DNA from: Callorhinchus milii
Taxonomy: Eukaryota
Length of the DNA stretch: 64,000 nucleotides
Assembly (NCBI RefSeq): GCF_018977255.1
Contig: NW_024704743.1
Coordinates: 24,058,001 to 24,122,000, forward strand
Direction: 5' to 3'
Shown: positions 40,486-52,273 of the stretch, piece after piece
How the letters are laid out: every line of letters starts with the position of its first letter
Position numbering within the stretch: position 1 is the stretch's first letter
Program-made: the position numbers and the translations under genes
The notes under the pieces: generated by a model
Databases searched by the model: none
The model's input: only the letters and a program-made list of their open reading frames with translations
Told to the model about the DNA's origin: nothing

Positions 40486-41103
40486 ATGGCTCAACTAATA
40501 AATAAAGCGCTCCAGGATGCTACCTCGTGTGAAGTGCGCTATACTAAATGCAAGTTGTTGTTGTTGTAAGTATACAGTACTTAAACTAGATATAATGTCT
40601 TGTAAGACTGAAGTGCCCCAATGTACATATCACAATACAGTCACAAGCGAAGTTACCTGTTGTCATACAGGCAAAATATCTTCCTTGGGGAGGATGTAAG
40701 CAGAGTCTCTTGGAAGCTGAATTGACTCCAAGGTGATATGCTTGCCAACAGTGTGTTGCAATCGAATCAACCCTCTGTAGCAATCCTGTTGGTCTGGTTC
40801 CTGAGACAGGCAGGTCCAGACTACCCCAGGGCACTGCTGATGACTGACCAGCCGCCTGGCACTCCCTTCTGGGGAGAGGTTATGCATTCCTTTCTAGACT
40901 CAGAAATTTCTATGTGTAGGTGGCGCAGATGGAATCAGTCTGGTTGGGATACTCTTAAACGAGGTGATGGGTTTTTACATGTGTCAGACAACACACTGAC
41001 CAAAAACAAAGCCAAAAACTAATCTGCACTAGTAAATTCTACTAAAATCAATTAGATGAATAACTGCATATTCTGGACACCAAGAGAACTCTCTGCTCTG
41101 CTT

Positions 41104-41403
41104 GTGGAGTCCTGTAGAGTATTGGTTAGAGCATTTGCCTTGCAAGCAAGAGGGCTTGAGTTTAATTCCCAGACAGGACAAAATCTTTCAGCCACTACAC
41201 CCCGAAACTCTGGAACACTCTCCCTCAGTCCCTTTGCCTTGGCCCCTCTCTCCCCTTTTTCAAGTCCCGCCTGAAAACCTTCCTCTTCGACCGTGCTTAC
41301 GGCCATCTTCACCCCAGCTCAGAGTTAGGCCCTGCCATTGTTAAGCGCTCTGAGACGCTACCCTGCGTGGAAGGCGCTATATAAGTGCAAGTTGTTGTTG
41401 TTG
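41104..41403 (+). mobile_element. SINE tRNA head joined to an L2 3' end
   Basis: Head 41104-41184; L2 ORF2 end, UTR, stem-loop and (TTG)n from about 41186 to 41403. Confidence 0.75.
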
Positions 41404-41591
41404 TCGACGTGCTTCCTGAAGTGTGGTGCCCAAAATTGGACACAATACTCCAACTCAGGCCTAACCAGGATTACTTTTGTTATTTGATATTGCGCCATGA
41501 TATGAAAGTCTGAACAACATGGACTAGAAATACCCAGGTTTGATCCTGGTCAATCCTGAAGAAGCATCAGTACATTTAAAGAGAAACATAG

Positions 41592-42047
41592 GGGAGTTCT
41601 GTAGCTCAGTGGTTAGAGCCCACTCAAGCGAGAAACCTGCATTAAATTCCCGGCAGGGCGAAATGTTGGGCAAGTTTCCTTACATCACATGCCTCTGTTT
41701 ACCTAGCAGTAAGTAGGAACCCGGTTGTTAGTCAATTAGCAGATTGCTTTTCCGGGGTTAATCATCCCTTCAAAATGTTTTTTAAAAATAATAATGGGTT
41801 ACTCAATCTATGACTGTTTGTGGGACACTGCTATGCGCATAATTCCTTCAAAAACAACAAAATTACATTTGTATAGATGATAACAATAAATTGGTCACTT
41901 CAATCCATGACTGTCTGTGGGACAATCAGCTGCTGCTTTTCACCCACAAAATATTCAGTCAATTTACAGTATATTCTGTGAAGCGCTTTGAGATGTCTTG
42001 AAGATGTGATAAGGTGCTATATCAAATGCAAGGATTATTATTTATTA
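41592..42047 (+). mobile_element. tRNA-Deu SINE with partly duplicated Deu region
   Basis: Segment gg(t/g)t(c/t)act(t)caatc.atgactgt.tgtgggac occurs twice (about 41795 and about 41890). Confidence 0.88.
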
Positions 42048-42861
42048 CAGAAGGAAAATATCTCAAAGTACTTTGCAGAGGGAATTAGAGTTTGAGTAGG
42101 TTGGGAGATCTCAAGGAATATTCAAGATTGAGATCGAAGATTTTTAAAAACTAGAAGGATTAAGGGATATGGGGATAGGGCGAGTACATGGAATTAGGTT
42201 AGAAGATCAGCCATGATCTTATTAAATGGCAGAGCAGGCTCCAGGGGCCAAATTGCCTACTTCTGTTCCTATTTCGTATTCTTATGATAGGTTGGAGGTG
42301 TTGAAGGCACAGTCAAATAGGTTTCTGGACAGTGTTTGAAAGCAGAGATGGGGGAGCAAGGTGGATGGATTTATGGGAGAACGTTCCAGAAAACAGGGGC
42401 AAAGTGGCTGAAAGCTCAGCTACTGACGGAGGATCGGAGGGAGACATGAAGCAATGCAAAGCAGTAATAATCAGTTGAGATCTTCAGTCGATTGGATTAC
42501 TGCCTGTAATCCACTGACTGGAGGCTTGTGAATTTTGATATACATTTTTAATGAAAAATGCTTTGTTTTCAATGATGATTCATTACTTCTGAGAACACTG
42601 GGTTATTTCGGGCCGTTGATGTATTCTGTATGTAATCCAATACTTTGTGGAATATCACAAGAAGATGGAGACAGAGCACTCTGAAGGTGAATGTTTTTCT
42701 GGTAGCAGTAGTGAGACTATTGATGTGTAATGACCATTAAAATGACACTGCCTGAAAAAAGCCAAATTTCTTGACCAGGATTTTCTGTTCTCCAGATTGA
42801 TGCCTATGTTTCCAGCGTCCCATTCCTTCCCCCTTTCTTCAAAATTTTCCCAAAGCTATTC

Positions 42862-43276
42862 TGGAGACCTGTAGCTCAGTCGTTAGAGCAGTCGCCACAC
42901 AAGCAAGAAGATCTGGGTTCAATTCCCAGCAGGGCAAAATGTTGGGCAAGTTTCCTTACTCCACATCCCTCTGATTACCTAGCAGTACGTCCCTTTTCTG
43001 GGGGTAATAATCCCTTCAAAAAAACAAAATAATTCGGTCACTCAATCCACGACTGTTTGTTGGACATTGTTGGACATTTCTGTGCACAATTGGCTGCTGC
43101 ATTTCACCCACAAAATATATATACAGTCAAATCACTTTACAGTATATTCTGTGAAGTGCTTTGAGAAGTCTCGAAGACATGATAAGACGCTATATCAAAT
43201 GCAGGGATTATTATTAAGTGCTCCGGGACACTACCCCACATGAAGGGTGCTATATAAATGCAAGTTGTTGTTGTTA
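42862..43276 (+). mobile_element. tRNA-Deu SINE followed directly by an orphan L2 tail
   Basis: Full SINE 42862-43216, then aagtgctccgggacactacccc...gttgttgttgtt. Confidence 0.88.
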
Positions 43277-44632
43277 TGGTCAGCAAAAAAATGAGCAAAT
43301 AGTTTTCTGCTCCAAACTATTACTAAAATTGAAACTACTCAAAAAAAACATGCTGTTTTTTGCTGTCGGAGTCTTTGACAAAAATCAAGTTGCCCTTTAA
43401 TAAAAAGGATACCCAGTTTCTTGTTCCTGACCTGTCGAATCGTAAACAATAGTTTGACAGGGAGTGTGAGGCAGTAATTCAATGATAGGTGGTGGGGGGG
43501 GAGAGGCTTCTGCTGACGAACACAAGTCATGTGAGAGTGTGCTTGTGCACTCTGTGATGTCAGCACAGCTGTGAGATTGAATTACTGCCCTGTAGCTGGC
43601 TGTCAGCCACCTATTAACCTACGCGTGAAGTTTACAATGTCACAGTCATTTCCTTTCCTGTTTATAACGTTTACCTTGTTCCCTCTCTCTCGCTCTCTGT
43701 CGCTCTCTCTCATGCTTCGCTCACTTTTTAGAGCTTCGGGGTCCCGAAATTTGACCTTGTCTTAGTTCGTAAAACCATTTTGTCTCAAAATTAAAAGTTT
43801 TCTGCAGAATTGTACACATTTCTTAAATTCTGCTTGGAAAGGTGGTTCTGTGCAGTCCTTAAAAAGATCAGGCTTCCCAAATAAGGCGGAATTTGAGAAT
43901 TCTTCACAATTCTGTGCCACCTTAAATTTTAAGACAAAAATGATCCTTACAGGCTAGGACTAAGTGGAATTTCAGGCCTTACATTACTGTGTGTCTCATA
44001 GTTATTGGACAAGTTTACCCAAGGCCGCCCATGAAGAATGGCCTCTCAGGAGAGGTACCAAACAGTGCCCAGCATTGTGGAACCATAACTCAACAAAGGG
44101 TGAGAGCCTTCAGGAAAACACAGGAGAAAATGGGGATAAAGACTATTGTAAAAGAAAACACGTCTACAATACGTACACAATGTCACTAAACGGAGCAACA
44201 GTTTCGCTTACGGCAGACCCTAGTTCTCTTTTTCCCTCTGCGTGCACAGAATATTTCGAAATCATCTGACATTCTGCCAACAAATCTTTTGATGACACAA
44301 AGCAACAACAATTTATGTTTATACAGTGCCTTTCACGTAAAATAATTGTCTCGAAATCCTTTACAGATTATCAATCAGAAATGAAGCGAATGGTGATATA
44401 TAGGCAACCGCAGCAGCAACATCCCACAAGTAACTCATGAGGGAGAAGGGAACAGATGGATGTCATAACTCTCAATCCAAACTTCGAGAATGTTAGTAAG
44501 GTTTGTTATTCTCAACTCAGATCATTCTAATCCATTAATCGTAGCCACAACAATTTGTTCCACTCCCAGGTCCCTTTTCTACATCATGTCCTCATCTCAT
44601 TGGCTCTTTGTTAATTGCCTTTTACTCCTTTT

Positions 44633-44971
44633 GTGGAGTCCTGTAGTTCAGTGGTTACAGCACTCGTGTCACAAGCCAGAGACCCGGGTTCTATGCCCGG
44701 CAGGGTGAAATGTTGGGCAAGTTTCCTTACTCCACACGCCTCTGTTTACCTAGCAGTAAGTAGGAACCCTGTTGTTAATCGATTGGCAGATCGCTTTACT
44801 GGGATAATAATCCATAAAAAAAAATTTGTTCACTCCACGACTGTTTGTGGGACACTACTGTATGCAATTGGCTGCCGCGTTTCGTCTACAAATATAATCA
44901 ATTCACCTTACAGTGTATTCTGTGAAGTGCTTTGAGACGTCTAGAAGACGTGAAGGATTATTATTATTATT
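44633..44971 (+). mobile_element. tRNA-Deu SINE, full length
   Basis: gtggagtcctgtagttcagtggtt head, Deu core, (ATT)n tail. Confidence 0.9.
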
Positions 44972-46201
44972 AAAGGAATATTCTACAAGAGATACGCGAG
45001 GGAGGATTAGGATAGGTGAAGTTTCAAGTGGGGTATAAAAAACGACACTAGTTCAGCCGAATGTCCTGTTTTCTGTGCTGTCCAGTTTATGTAATTCTAT
45101 GTAAACAACAGTGAGATGAGGAGCCAATCCATCAGAATCTTTAAATTAAACTTCAATCACACTCAAATCAGGTTAGAAATTATTTGCTCAAATTCTATCA
45201 ACTAACTTAAAAATTCGACCTAGAAAATAGCATTATCAGCTTGATTTGAAGTAGTTAGTGCCTCGAGACTTGATTGCCTTCACGAAGTCATTCCCCTATG
45301 GCTCAGTCAATTCAATGACAGAGAATGAGAATTTCATCAGGAGGATGTCTTAACATTCATCAACATATGGCAGACTGATTGCATTTGTGCTTATTTCGCT
45401 CTTCATTCTGAGCTGAGTGCCTGGTGCAGTTGGAAGAAGCTCCCCTGGTTGGTTTTCCCCCTGAAGCACAACTGGAATGTACTGGCTTCTCAGGTCAGGA
45501 GAAGTCCAGCGCAATCAAAATAATTTTAACCTTCAGTTCTCCAAAGTGGCTCCATTAAGGAAAATCAATGACTGACATCTTGATTAATCTAACCGTCACC
45601 TCACACAGATACAAACACAGGAGGAGACTGCTGCTGCTGCAGTGTTCTGGAAGGGCATTAGAAATTGTGATTGTGACCTTAGCCCATCTGCATCTCGTTG
45701 GCAATTCAGATATTAAGGTGGTGTTTGGAGCATTTCGTATTTATTGCAAGGAACGCATTATGAAGTAGCACAAATTTAACCTCCACTCCTTCATTACCTA
45801 AAATTTATACTGTTTATACTGTGTGTTGAACATGTATGCGCAGTTTATGGTGGGAGCTGAGAATACAGAGCCCAACACAAGACCAAACACACTGCCAAAG
45901 GTAGTGCAAGAATGGCTCACTTGGTAGGAATATTTTTTCCTGAATTACTGTCAGTGTAACCTCACAAGACAATTGGTACAGTTTTCCAAGGCCACCAGAC
46001 GCAACCTTTACATTTCCTGTATACCCCAGCTCTATTGTTTCTGCTGTCACCGTGGTAAATCATAGTTACTGGAAAAAAACAGCTGGAGGAAAACAACATT
46101 ATTGTCCAAACTCGGTAACAGCATGCAATGTCAGAAATTTGTTCTTCCTGACATTCTGAAGTTGTTGTCAGTTAAACGATTTTGAGTTCTGCTCATGAAA
46201 A

Positions 46202-46546
46202 GTAACAATAATCCCTGCATTTGATATAGGCCCTTATCGCATCGTTGAGAGGTCTCAAAGCACTTCACAGAATATATAGTAAAGTGGATTGACTGTCTAT
46301 TTTGTGGGTGAAACATGGCAGCCAATTGCGCACAGCAGTGTCCTGGCATGGATTGAATAACCACATTTTTCTTGTGGGATTATTACCAATGGAAAGCAAT
46401 CTGCCAACGGACTGACAACCAGTTCCTACTTCTAGGTAAACAGAGGTGTGTGCAGTAAGGAAACTTGCCTAAGGTTTCGCCTTTCCCGGGAATCGAACCC
46501 AGGCTTGTGAGGTGAGCGCACTACCTACTAAGCTACAGGACTCCAC
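46202..46546 (-). mobile_element. tRNA-Deu SINE, full length
   Basis: Reverse complement of the family; head ends ...ctacaggactccac on the + strand. Confidence 0.9.
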
Positions 46547-46699
46547 TTCTGGTGACCAATATTGCGGCCATTAATGTATTTGTCTGCTCGCTTTACCAAT
46601 ATAGAGACCATCTATTGGATCAATAAGTAAATTAGCTTTAGTTCAAAATAAAGATGCAAATGCACAGCAAGTTGATTAGCCCCTTAAAGAGAACCTTAA

Positions 46700-46980
46700 A
46701 GTTGATTGTTCAAATCCAGTTGAGACAGCTGAGTTGTCAGCACTTCTGGGAAGGAACAAAAATCAGCCAGTGTTACCACTTCTAATCCGGATCAGTGATG
46801 TCAGGTGAGGACAGGATTAGGCCAGGCTGTGATGCTCGCCCTAGTTGTATAACCTGCTGATGGTCCGGGCTCAAATATGAAGTGTTACTGGTAGGGTAAG
46901 TACCAGTGGAGGGTGTCAGTCCCATTGCAACTGCACCCCAGTATGTGCCAACATCTTCAGGACAGATGGGGAGAAAATTG
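46700..46980 (+). mobile_element. LF-SINE-like relic
   Basis: aaaaatcagccag...gtcaggtgaggacaggattaggccaggctgtgatgc...cttcaggacagatggggagaaaattg resembles the LF-SINE body as I recall it. Related pieces near 130-190, 6685-6770 (-), 7700-7795 (-) and 53760-53970. Confidence 0.55.
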
Positions 46981-47373
46981 ATAGGATGGCGACAACAACC
47001 AATGTGTACCTCCCTTCCCACAGCAGTGATCAATAAAGAAACGCAACATTGGTAAAGGGCTGGGGAGGGTCTCAAGGACTTCCCCGCCCCTCCCCTCCTC
47101 CCATCTCATCAATGGTGCTTGGCTCTGTTAAGGGATAAGTGCAAAGTGTCACTAAGAATAAAGAATGAGGTTGCAATGGCACACACACGATGAGAGAAAT
47201 GGGCTCCTGTGCTGAGCACTTCTAGGTTTTTAAGTAGGGGAGGGGGAAGAATATAATATCAGGAAGGAAGACAAAACCACACATAAAATGGTGCGAAAGT
47301 ATGTAAAGGGCGTAAAACAAATTAAATAAAGCACAGGAGAGTGAGTGAACTATATATTACTACAGTATCTTAC

Positions 47374-47503
47374 CTGCTTGTGCTGCAATAATCAGAGCTG
47401 TGTTTCCCTCCTTGTCCTGCCAGTTGACATCAACGTAAGGGCACTGGGCCAGAGTGAAGACAATATCCATAAAGCCCTGGTAACAAGCTACCAACAGTCC
47501 AGT
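47374..47503 (-). CDS. ANKRD33B: ANKRD33B internal exon (130 nt), ankyrin repeats
   Basis: Bounded by ttccAG and GTAAG. Reads [43 protein letters not shown](G); phase 0/1. The preceding exon was not found up to 64000. Confidence 0.95.
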
Positions 47504-47664
47504 CTGGAACACAAACCAAGCACCAACGTCAGAAAGCTCAGCAGGCATCACAAGCCGTGGATATAATTTAAAACAAATCCAATTTAGGTGTCAGCAGGAA
47601 CAGAGTTAAAATCAATAATAATAATCATCTGCAACATCGATCACGTGTCAAAGTTTCTATAAAG

Positions 47665-48051
47665 TAATAATAATAATCTTTGCATTTTATATAGTACTTA
47701 ATCATGTTTTTGAGATGTCACAAAGAGCTTCACAGAATATACTGCAAATTGAATTGACTGTAATATTTTGTGGGCGAAACATGGCAACCAATTTTGCACA
47801 GCAGTGTCCTACATACAGTCGTATGTTGAGTGACCAAATAATTATTTTTTAAATGTAATTTTTTTTAAAGGATAATTACCCCTGGAAATCGATCTACCAA
47901 TCGACTAACAATCGGGTTCCTACTTACTGCTAGGTAAACAGAGGCATGTGGAGGAAGGAAACTTCCTTAAAGTTTCGCCCCACCAGAGAATCAAACCCAG
48001 GTCCTCTTGCTTGCGAGGAGAGTGCCCTAACCACTAAGCTGCAAGTCTCCA
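47665..48051 (-). mobile_element. tRNA-Deu SINE, full length
   Basis: Tail, Deu core and head on the minus strand, about 160 bp from the ANKRD33B exon acceptor. Confidence 0.9.
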
Positions 48052-49587
48052 CAAGGTGAACAGGTGTAGGTGAACAGAAACAATCTCAGTCAACAGCACC
48101 ATAAACTGAAAACAAGAAATCAAAACAATGCATTAAGGTGCTTAAAATGTGACAGAAAAATAGGCAATATTAAATGAATAAGTTATTAACTGTGTTCACA
48201 CAGCGCACATGCATTAAGACTGGTAAATTTAGAGATTACTTGTCAAACTAAGGCAACTTATTGTGTGATCACCTGGCCACTATGGTTTGGCTCACTGGGT
48301 TAGGCCATGTCCAATTCTTCAAGTTTCAAGGCCAGTTGGCCAAGCATCAATAGTGCCTTGGGTTCTGTGAACATCTCCTTACCACGTCAATGAGACATCT
48401 GAAAGTGCTTCACAGAATACATTGTAAAGTGGATTGACTATATTTTGTGGGCAAAACGTTAGCAGCCAATTGTGCACTGCAATGTCCTACAATCAATCCA
48501 ACAACAATTAGATGCAGGAGTCCTGGCTAAGTCACTCTCTCTCTCCTCTGTGCCCCAAGGACACAAGCCAAATAAAAATCCCCAACTACCACACTGGTCG
48601 AGATCAACAAATGTAGCAGGTTCAGGAATCAAATCCAGGACAGTCCTGGGTTATAGACAACAATTCCACAGACAAACCCTTATCCCCACACCTGCAGAAA
48701 TAACATTACAACACCTAATAGTCTGCAATCTGTCAGTGGCGTTGCTGGTCTCTGTACAGCTGCCTGGCATTCCTTAGGTACAAATGCTTAGTGTTAAGTT
48801 AAAAGGTGGAAAATAAGAGTTACCGTATCATGCGCTTTATTGTTACCGGTGAGAGTCTGTCTCTGGTAACTTGATCTTGCAGGATTTCAGGTAGAAATGA
48901 CAAGTTGTTTACATTTTGGAACTGTAATCATTGAATTCGGGCTCCAGTATACCTCTGGTCAGCACTATCTAAAACAGACAATAGTGCATTCACTCACTGA
49001 GTTATTGGAGGAGCTTGATCTATCTTTTGTCTAGTCTCAGATGTGATGGGACTGACTAAATGATTGACTGATTAACTAACTGACTAATTGAGCAGACTAG
49101 AAACTCACACTGCTCACCTGTTAGTGTCTGTTGGTGGATCTTGTAGGAGCCGAGCCTACTTCATGTAATGGGGCTTGACTAGATTTAGGGGATCATAGAG
49201 CAAACATCAGGAGGCAGTAAACAGCAGGGACATCAGTGAAGACACTGGGGTAGTACTGAGGAGAAGGAAACCCAATGCCAACAACAATTGGTGGGAAAAC
49301 CTGAGATGCAGCCTGCATTAGCATTAGCAGCCCACATACAGGAGTGAAGAGCTCATTCCAACAGATGAATAGCGAGTTCTTCATTATACATTATTGTATT
49401 CATGAGAATTCAGTCAATTATCACACTTCACAACCAATTCATGCATTTGCTTCCTCTATTTGAGTACCTGATGATTTATTCCACTGGGGAGTGGATAGTT
49501 CACGTTAATCAGATTTTATTTATCATGAATTAAAACAGAAATCCTGGAAGTGCACGTTGGGGGGGTAAAGAGAAAAGCACATTCTTT

Positions 49588-49745
49588 CCACGACTGTTTG
49601 TGGGATGCTGCTGTGTGCAATTGACTGCCACGTTTCGCCCACAAAATATACAATCAATTCACTTTAAAGTATATGCTGTGAAGCGCTTTGAGATGTCTCG
49701 AAGACATGATAAGGTGCTATATCAAATGCAAGGATTATTATTATT
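49588..49745 (+). mobile_element. tRNA-Deu SINE 3' half
   Basis: ccacgactgtttgtggg...caaatgcaaggattattattatt. Confidence 0.88.
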
Positions 49746-49747
49746 AG

Positions 49748-49843
49748 ATTAATAGTTCCAGGTATATTAATGGTTCCCTGTATATTAATGGTTCCAGGTA
49801 TGTTAATGGCTCCAAGTACATTGATGTTCCGAGTGCATTAATG
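49748..49843 (+). repeat. 18-bp minisatellite, about 5.4 units (ATTAATGGTTCCAGGTAT)
   Basis: Units start at 49748, 49766, 49784, 49802, 49820 and 49837, degrading rightwards. Confidence 0.85.
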
Positions 49844-50137
49844 CTTTTGCCCCCATCAGAGTTTAGAGGAAAGGTCACACCCAAACATTGGCTTATTTTT
49901 ACCATTCAGATGCTGAGTGACCTGCTGTGCATTTCCAGCCCTTTCAACAACAATAACTTGCACTTATAGAGTGCCCCTTACGCAGGGTAGCCTAGGCGAG
50001 TGGAGAGGTGACGCTCGGCACGATCGAAGAGTAAGGTTTTCAGGCGCAATCTGAAGATATTTCAGATTTCCAGCATTTGCAGGGTTTTTTTCTTTCTCTT
50101 GCCGCTTTTGATGATTTTATTTCGAGCTCCAGAGGCC

Positions 50138-50453
50138 AATAATAATAATAATCCTTGCATTTGATATAGCGCTTTTCACGTCGGGAGGACGTCCCAAAGC
50201 GCTTCACAGAATACACTGTAAAGTGAATTGTATATTTGTGGGCGAACGCGGCAGCCAATTGCGCACAGCAATGTCCCACAAACAGTCGTAGATTGAAAAT
50301 GACTAATTTATTATTGTTTTGTTTTTTGGAGGGATTATTATTAGGCTCTGTGTGGAGTAAGGAAACTTGCCCAAGGTTTCGCCCTGACCTGCCTGGAGTT
50401 GAACTCGGGTCTCTCGCTTGCAAAGCGAGTGCTCTAACCACTGAGCTACAGGA
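50138..50453 (-). mobile_element. Young tRNA(Ala)-Deu SINE, short subfamily
   Basis: Intact A box TAGCTCAGTGG, B box GAGTTCAACTC, anticodon arm CTCGC-TTTGCAA-GCGAG, L2-like tail. Confidence 0.95.
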
Positions 50454-50880
50454 TTATTTATCCATTGTACATGTCCCAGAGTTTATGAAGCACATTTATG
50501 AGTTAATGAAGCACAAGGCATATTTACCCAAGCCTGTCAGCCTTAGCTAAACACCACCATCAGTTTCACATTAAATTTTATTGGATTTCACTGAAGTTTA
50601 TCTACTTATTCCATATACTATCATTTTCATTGTCCAATAATGATGCTTCAAACAGTGCTTTGAGAAATATGGTGAAATTGGGGGCGAGGGTTGAGTGTCA
50701 CTAGTTGCCCTGGATTAAGTGAACTAACAAAATACTGTCATGACATGGGAGAGCAATTGAATGTTTTAGTCACACAGTAAAAATTGTCAATTTAGTTGAA
50801 GGCTGGGAAGGAAAGAGATTTCTGGATAACATATGAAGCAATGGATGTGTGAGGTTTTGGAACAGTGAGAAACCAAGAGC

Positions 50881-51935
50881 AACAACAACAACTTGCATTT
50901 ATTATAGCGCCCTTCACGCAGGGTAGTGCCCCGGAGTGCTTGACTGTGGCGGAGTCTGACCCCGAGCCAGGGGGAGAGGTAGGGGTGAGGTGACCGTAAG
51001 CACAATCAAAAAGGAAGGTCTTCAGATGGGATTTAAAAGTGGAGAAGGAAGGGGTAAGACGGAGGGATTGAGGAAGAGAGTTCCAGAGCTCCAGGGCATA
51101 GTGGCTGAAGGCATGGCCATTAATGGTGGAGGGGAGGGGCGAGGGACAACTGGAAGGCTGGAACCAACCGAGCAAAAGCAGCGGGTGGGAGAGTTGGGGT
51201 AAGGAAATTGGATAGGTAGCGAGGTGCAAGGGCATGAAGTGATTTGAAAACAAATTAGAAGATCTTGAAATCGATCCGTTCAAGAATTGGGAGCCAGTGG
51301 AGCCTGGCAAGGACTGGTGTGATGGGGATATGGAGTCTTATGCAGGTAAGAATCCGGGCGGCAGAGTTTTGAGTTAGTGATATTTTGTGTATGGTGCAGC
51401 TGGGGAGACCAGCAAGGAGGGCATTAGAATAGTCCAGCCGGGAAGTGACAAAGGCTTGGACAAGGGTTCCAGCTGCTTTTGTTGTGAGGTATGGACGGAG
51501 GCGGGCAATGTGATAGAAGTGGAATAAAGTGGTCCTGGTCAGGGAACGGATGTGGGGGAGAAAGGAAAGCTGGGGATTGAAACTGACGTCTAAGTTGCGC
51601 ACAGGTTTAGAGAGTCTGAGGGAGAGCCTGGGGAAGTTGACAAGTTCAGACTCGCAGGAGAGAAGGCGTTAACGGGAGCCAATGAGTATGGCTTCCGTCT
51701 TGCTGACATTCAGCTGCAGGAAATTTGTGCTCATCCAGGCCTTGATGTCCGCCAAACAAGCTGATAGGACGTCAGCGGACTAGGAGTCTAGCTGGAGGAG
51801 GAGAAGTAGATTTGGGTGTCATTCACAAATATGTGGAAGTTGATGCCATGTCTGCAGATGACATCGCCGAGAGGCAATGTGTAGATAAGGAAAATAAGGG
51901 GGCCAAGGATGCAGCCTTGGCGTATCCCGCAGGGA
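50881..51935 (-). mobile_element. L2 LINE (second family), 5'-truncated
   Basis: [29 protein letters not shown] and LHWLPILERIDFKI motifs; (CAA)n tail. Confidence 0.93.
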
Positions 51936-51956
51936 ACCAAGCACACAAGTAGATAA

Positions 51957-52273
51957 GAGTCCTGTAGCTCAGTGGTAAGAGCACTCGCTTTGCAAGTGAG
52001 AGACCTGAGTTCAATTCCAGGCAGAGGGCGAAACCTTGGGCAAGTTTCCTTACTCCACACAGAGCCTAATAATAATCCCTCCAAAACAATAATAAATTGG
52101 TCATTTTCAATCCACGACTGTTTGTGGGACATTGCTGTGCGCAATTAGCTGCCGCGTTCGCCCACAAATATACAGTCAATTCACTTTACAGTATATTCTG
52201 TGAAGCGCTTTGGGACGTCCTCCCGACGTGAAAAGCGCTATATCAAATGCAAGGATTATTATTATTATTATTA
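51957..52273 (+). mobile_element. Young tRNA(Ala)-Deu SINE, short subfamily
   Basis: Near-identical inverted partner of 50138-50453. Confidence 0.95.

Noticed and set aside
49748..49843. Regularly spaced repeats resembling a CRISPR array
   Set aside because: The units are head-to-tail with no unique spacers, there are no cas genes, and the context is vertebrate.
50380..50453. tRNA-Ala(TGC)-like cloverleaf, also at 51957-52030 and other SINE heads
   Set aside because: It continues into a SINE body and L2-type tail, so it is a SINE head and not a tRNA gene.
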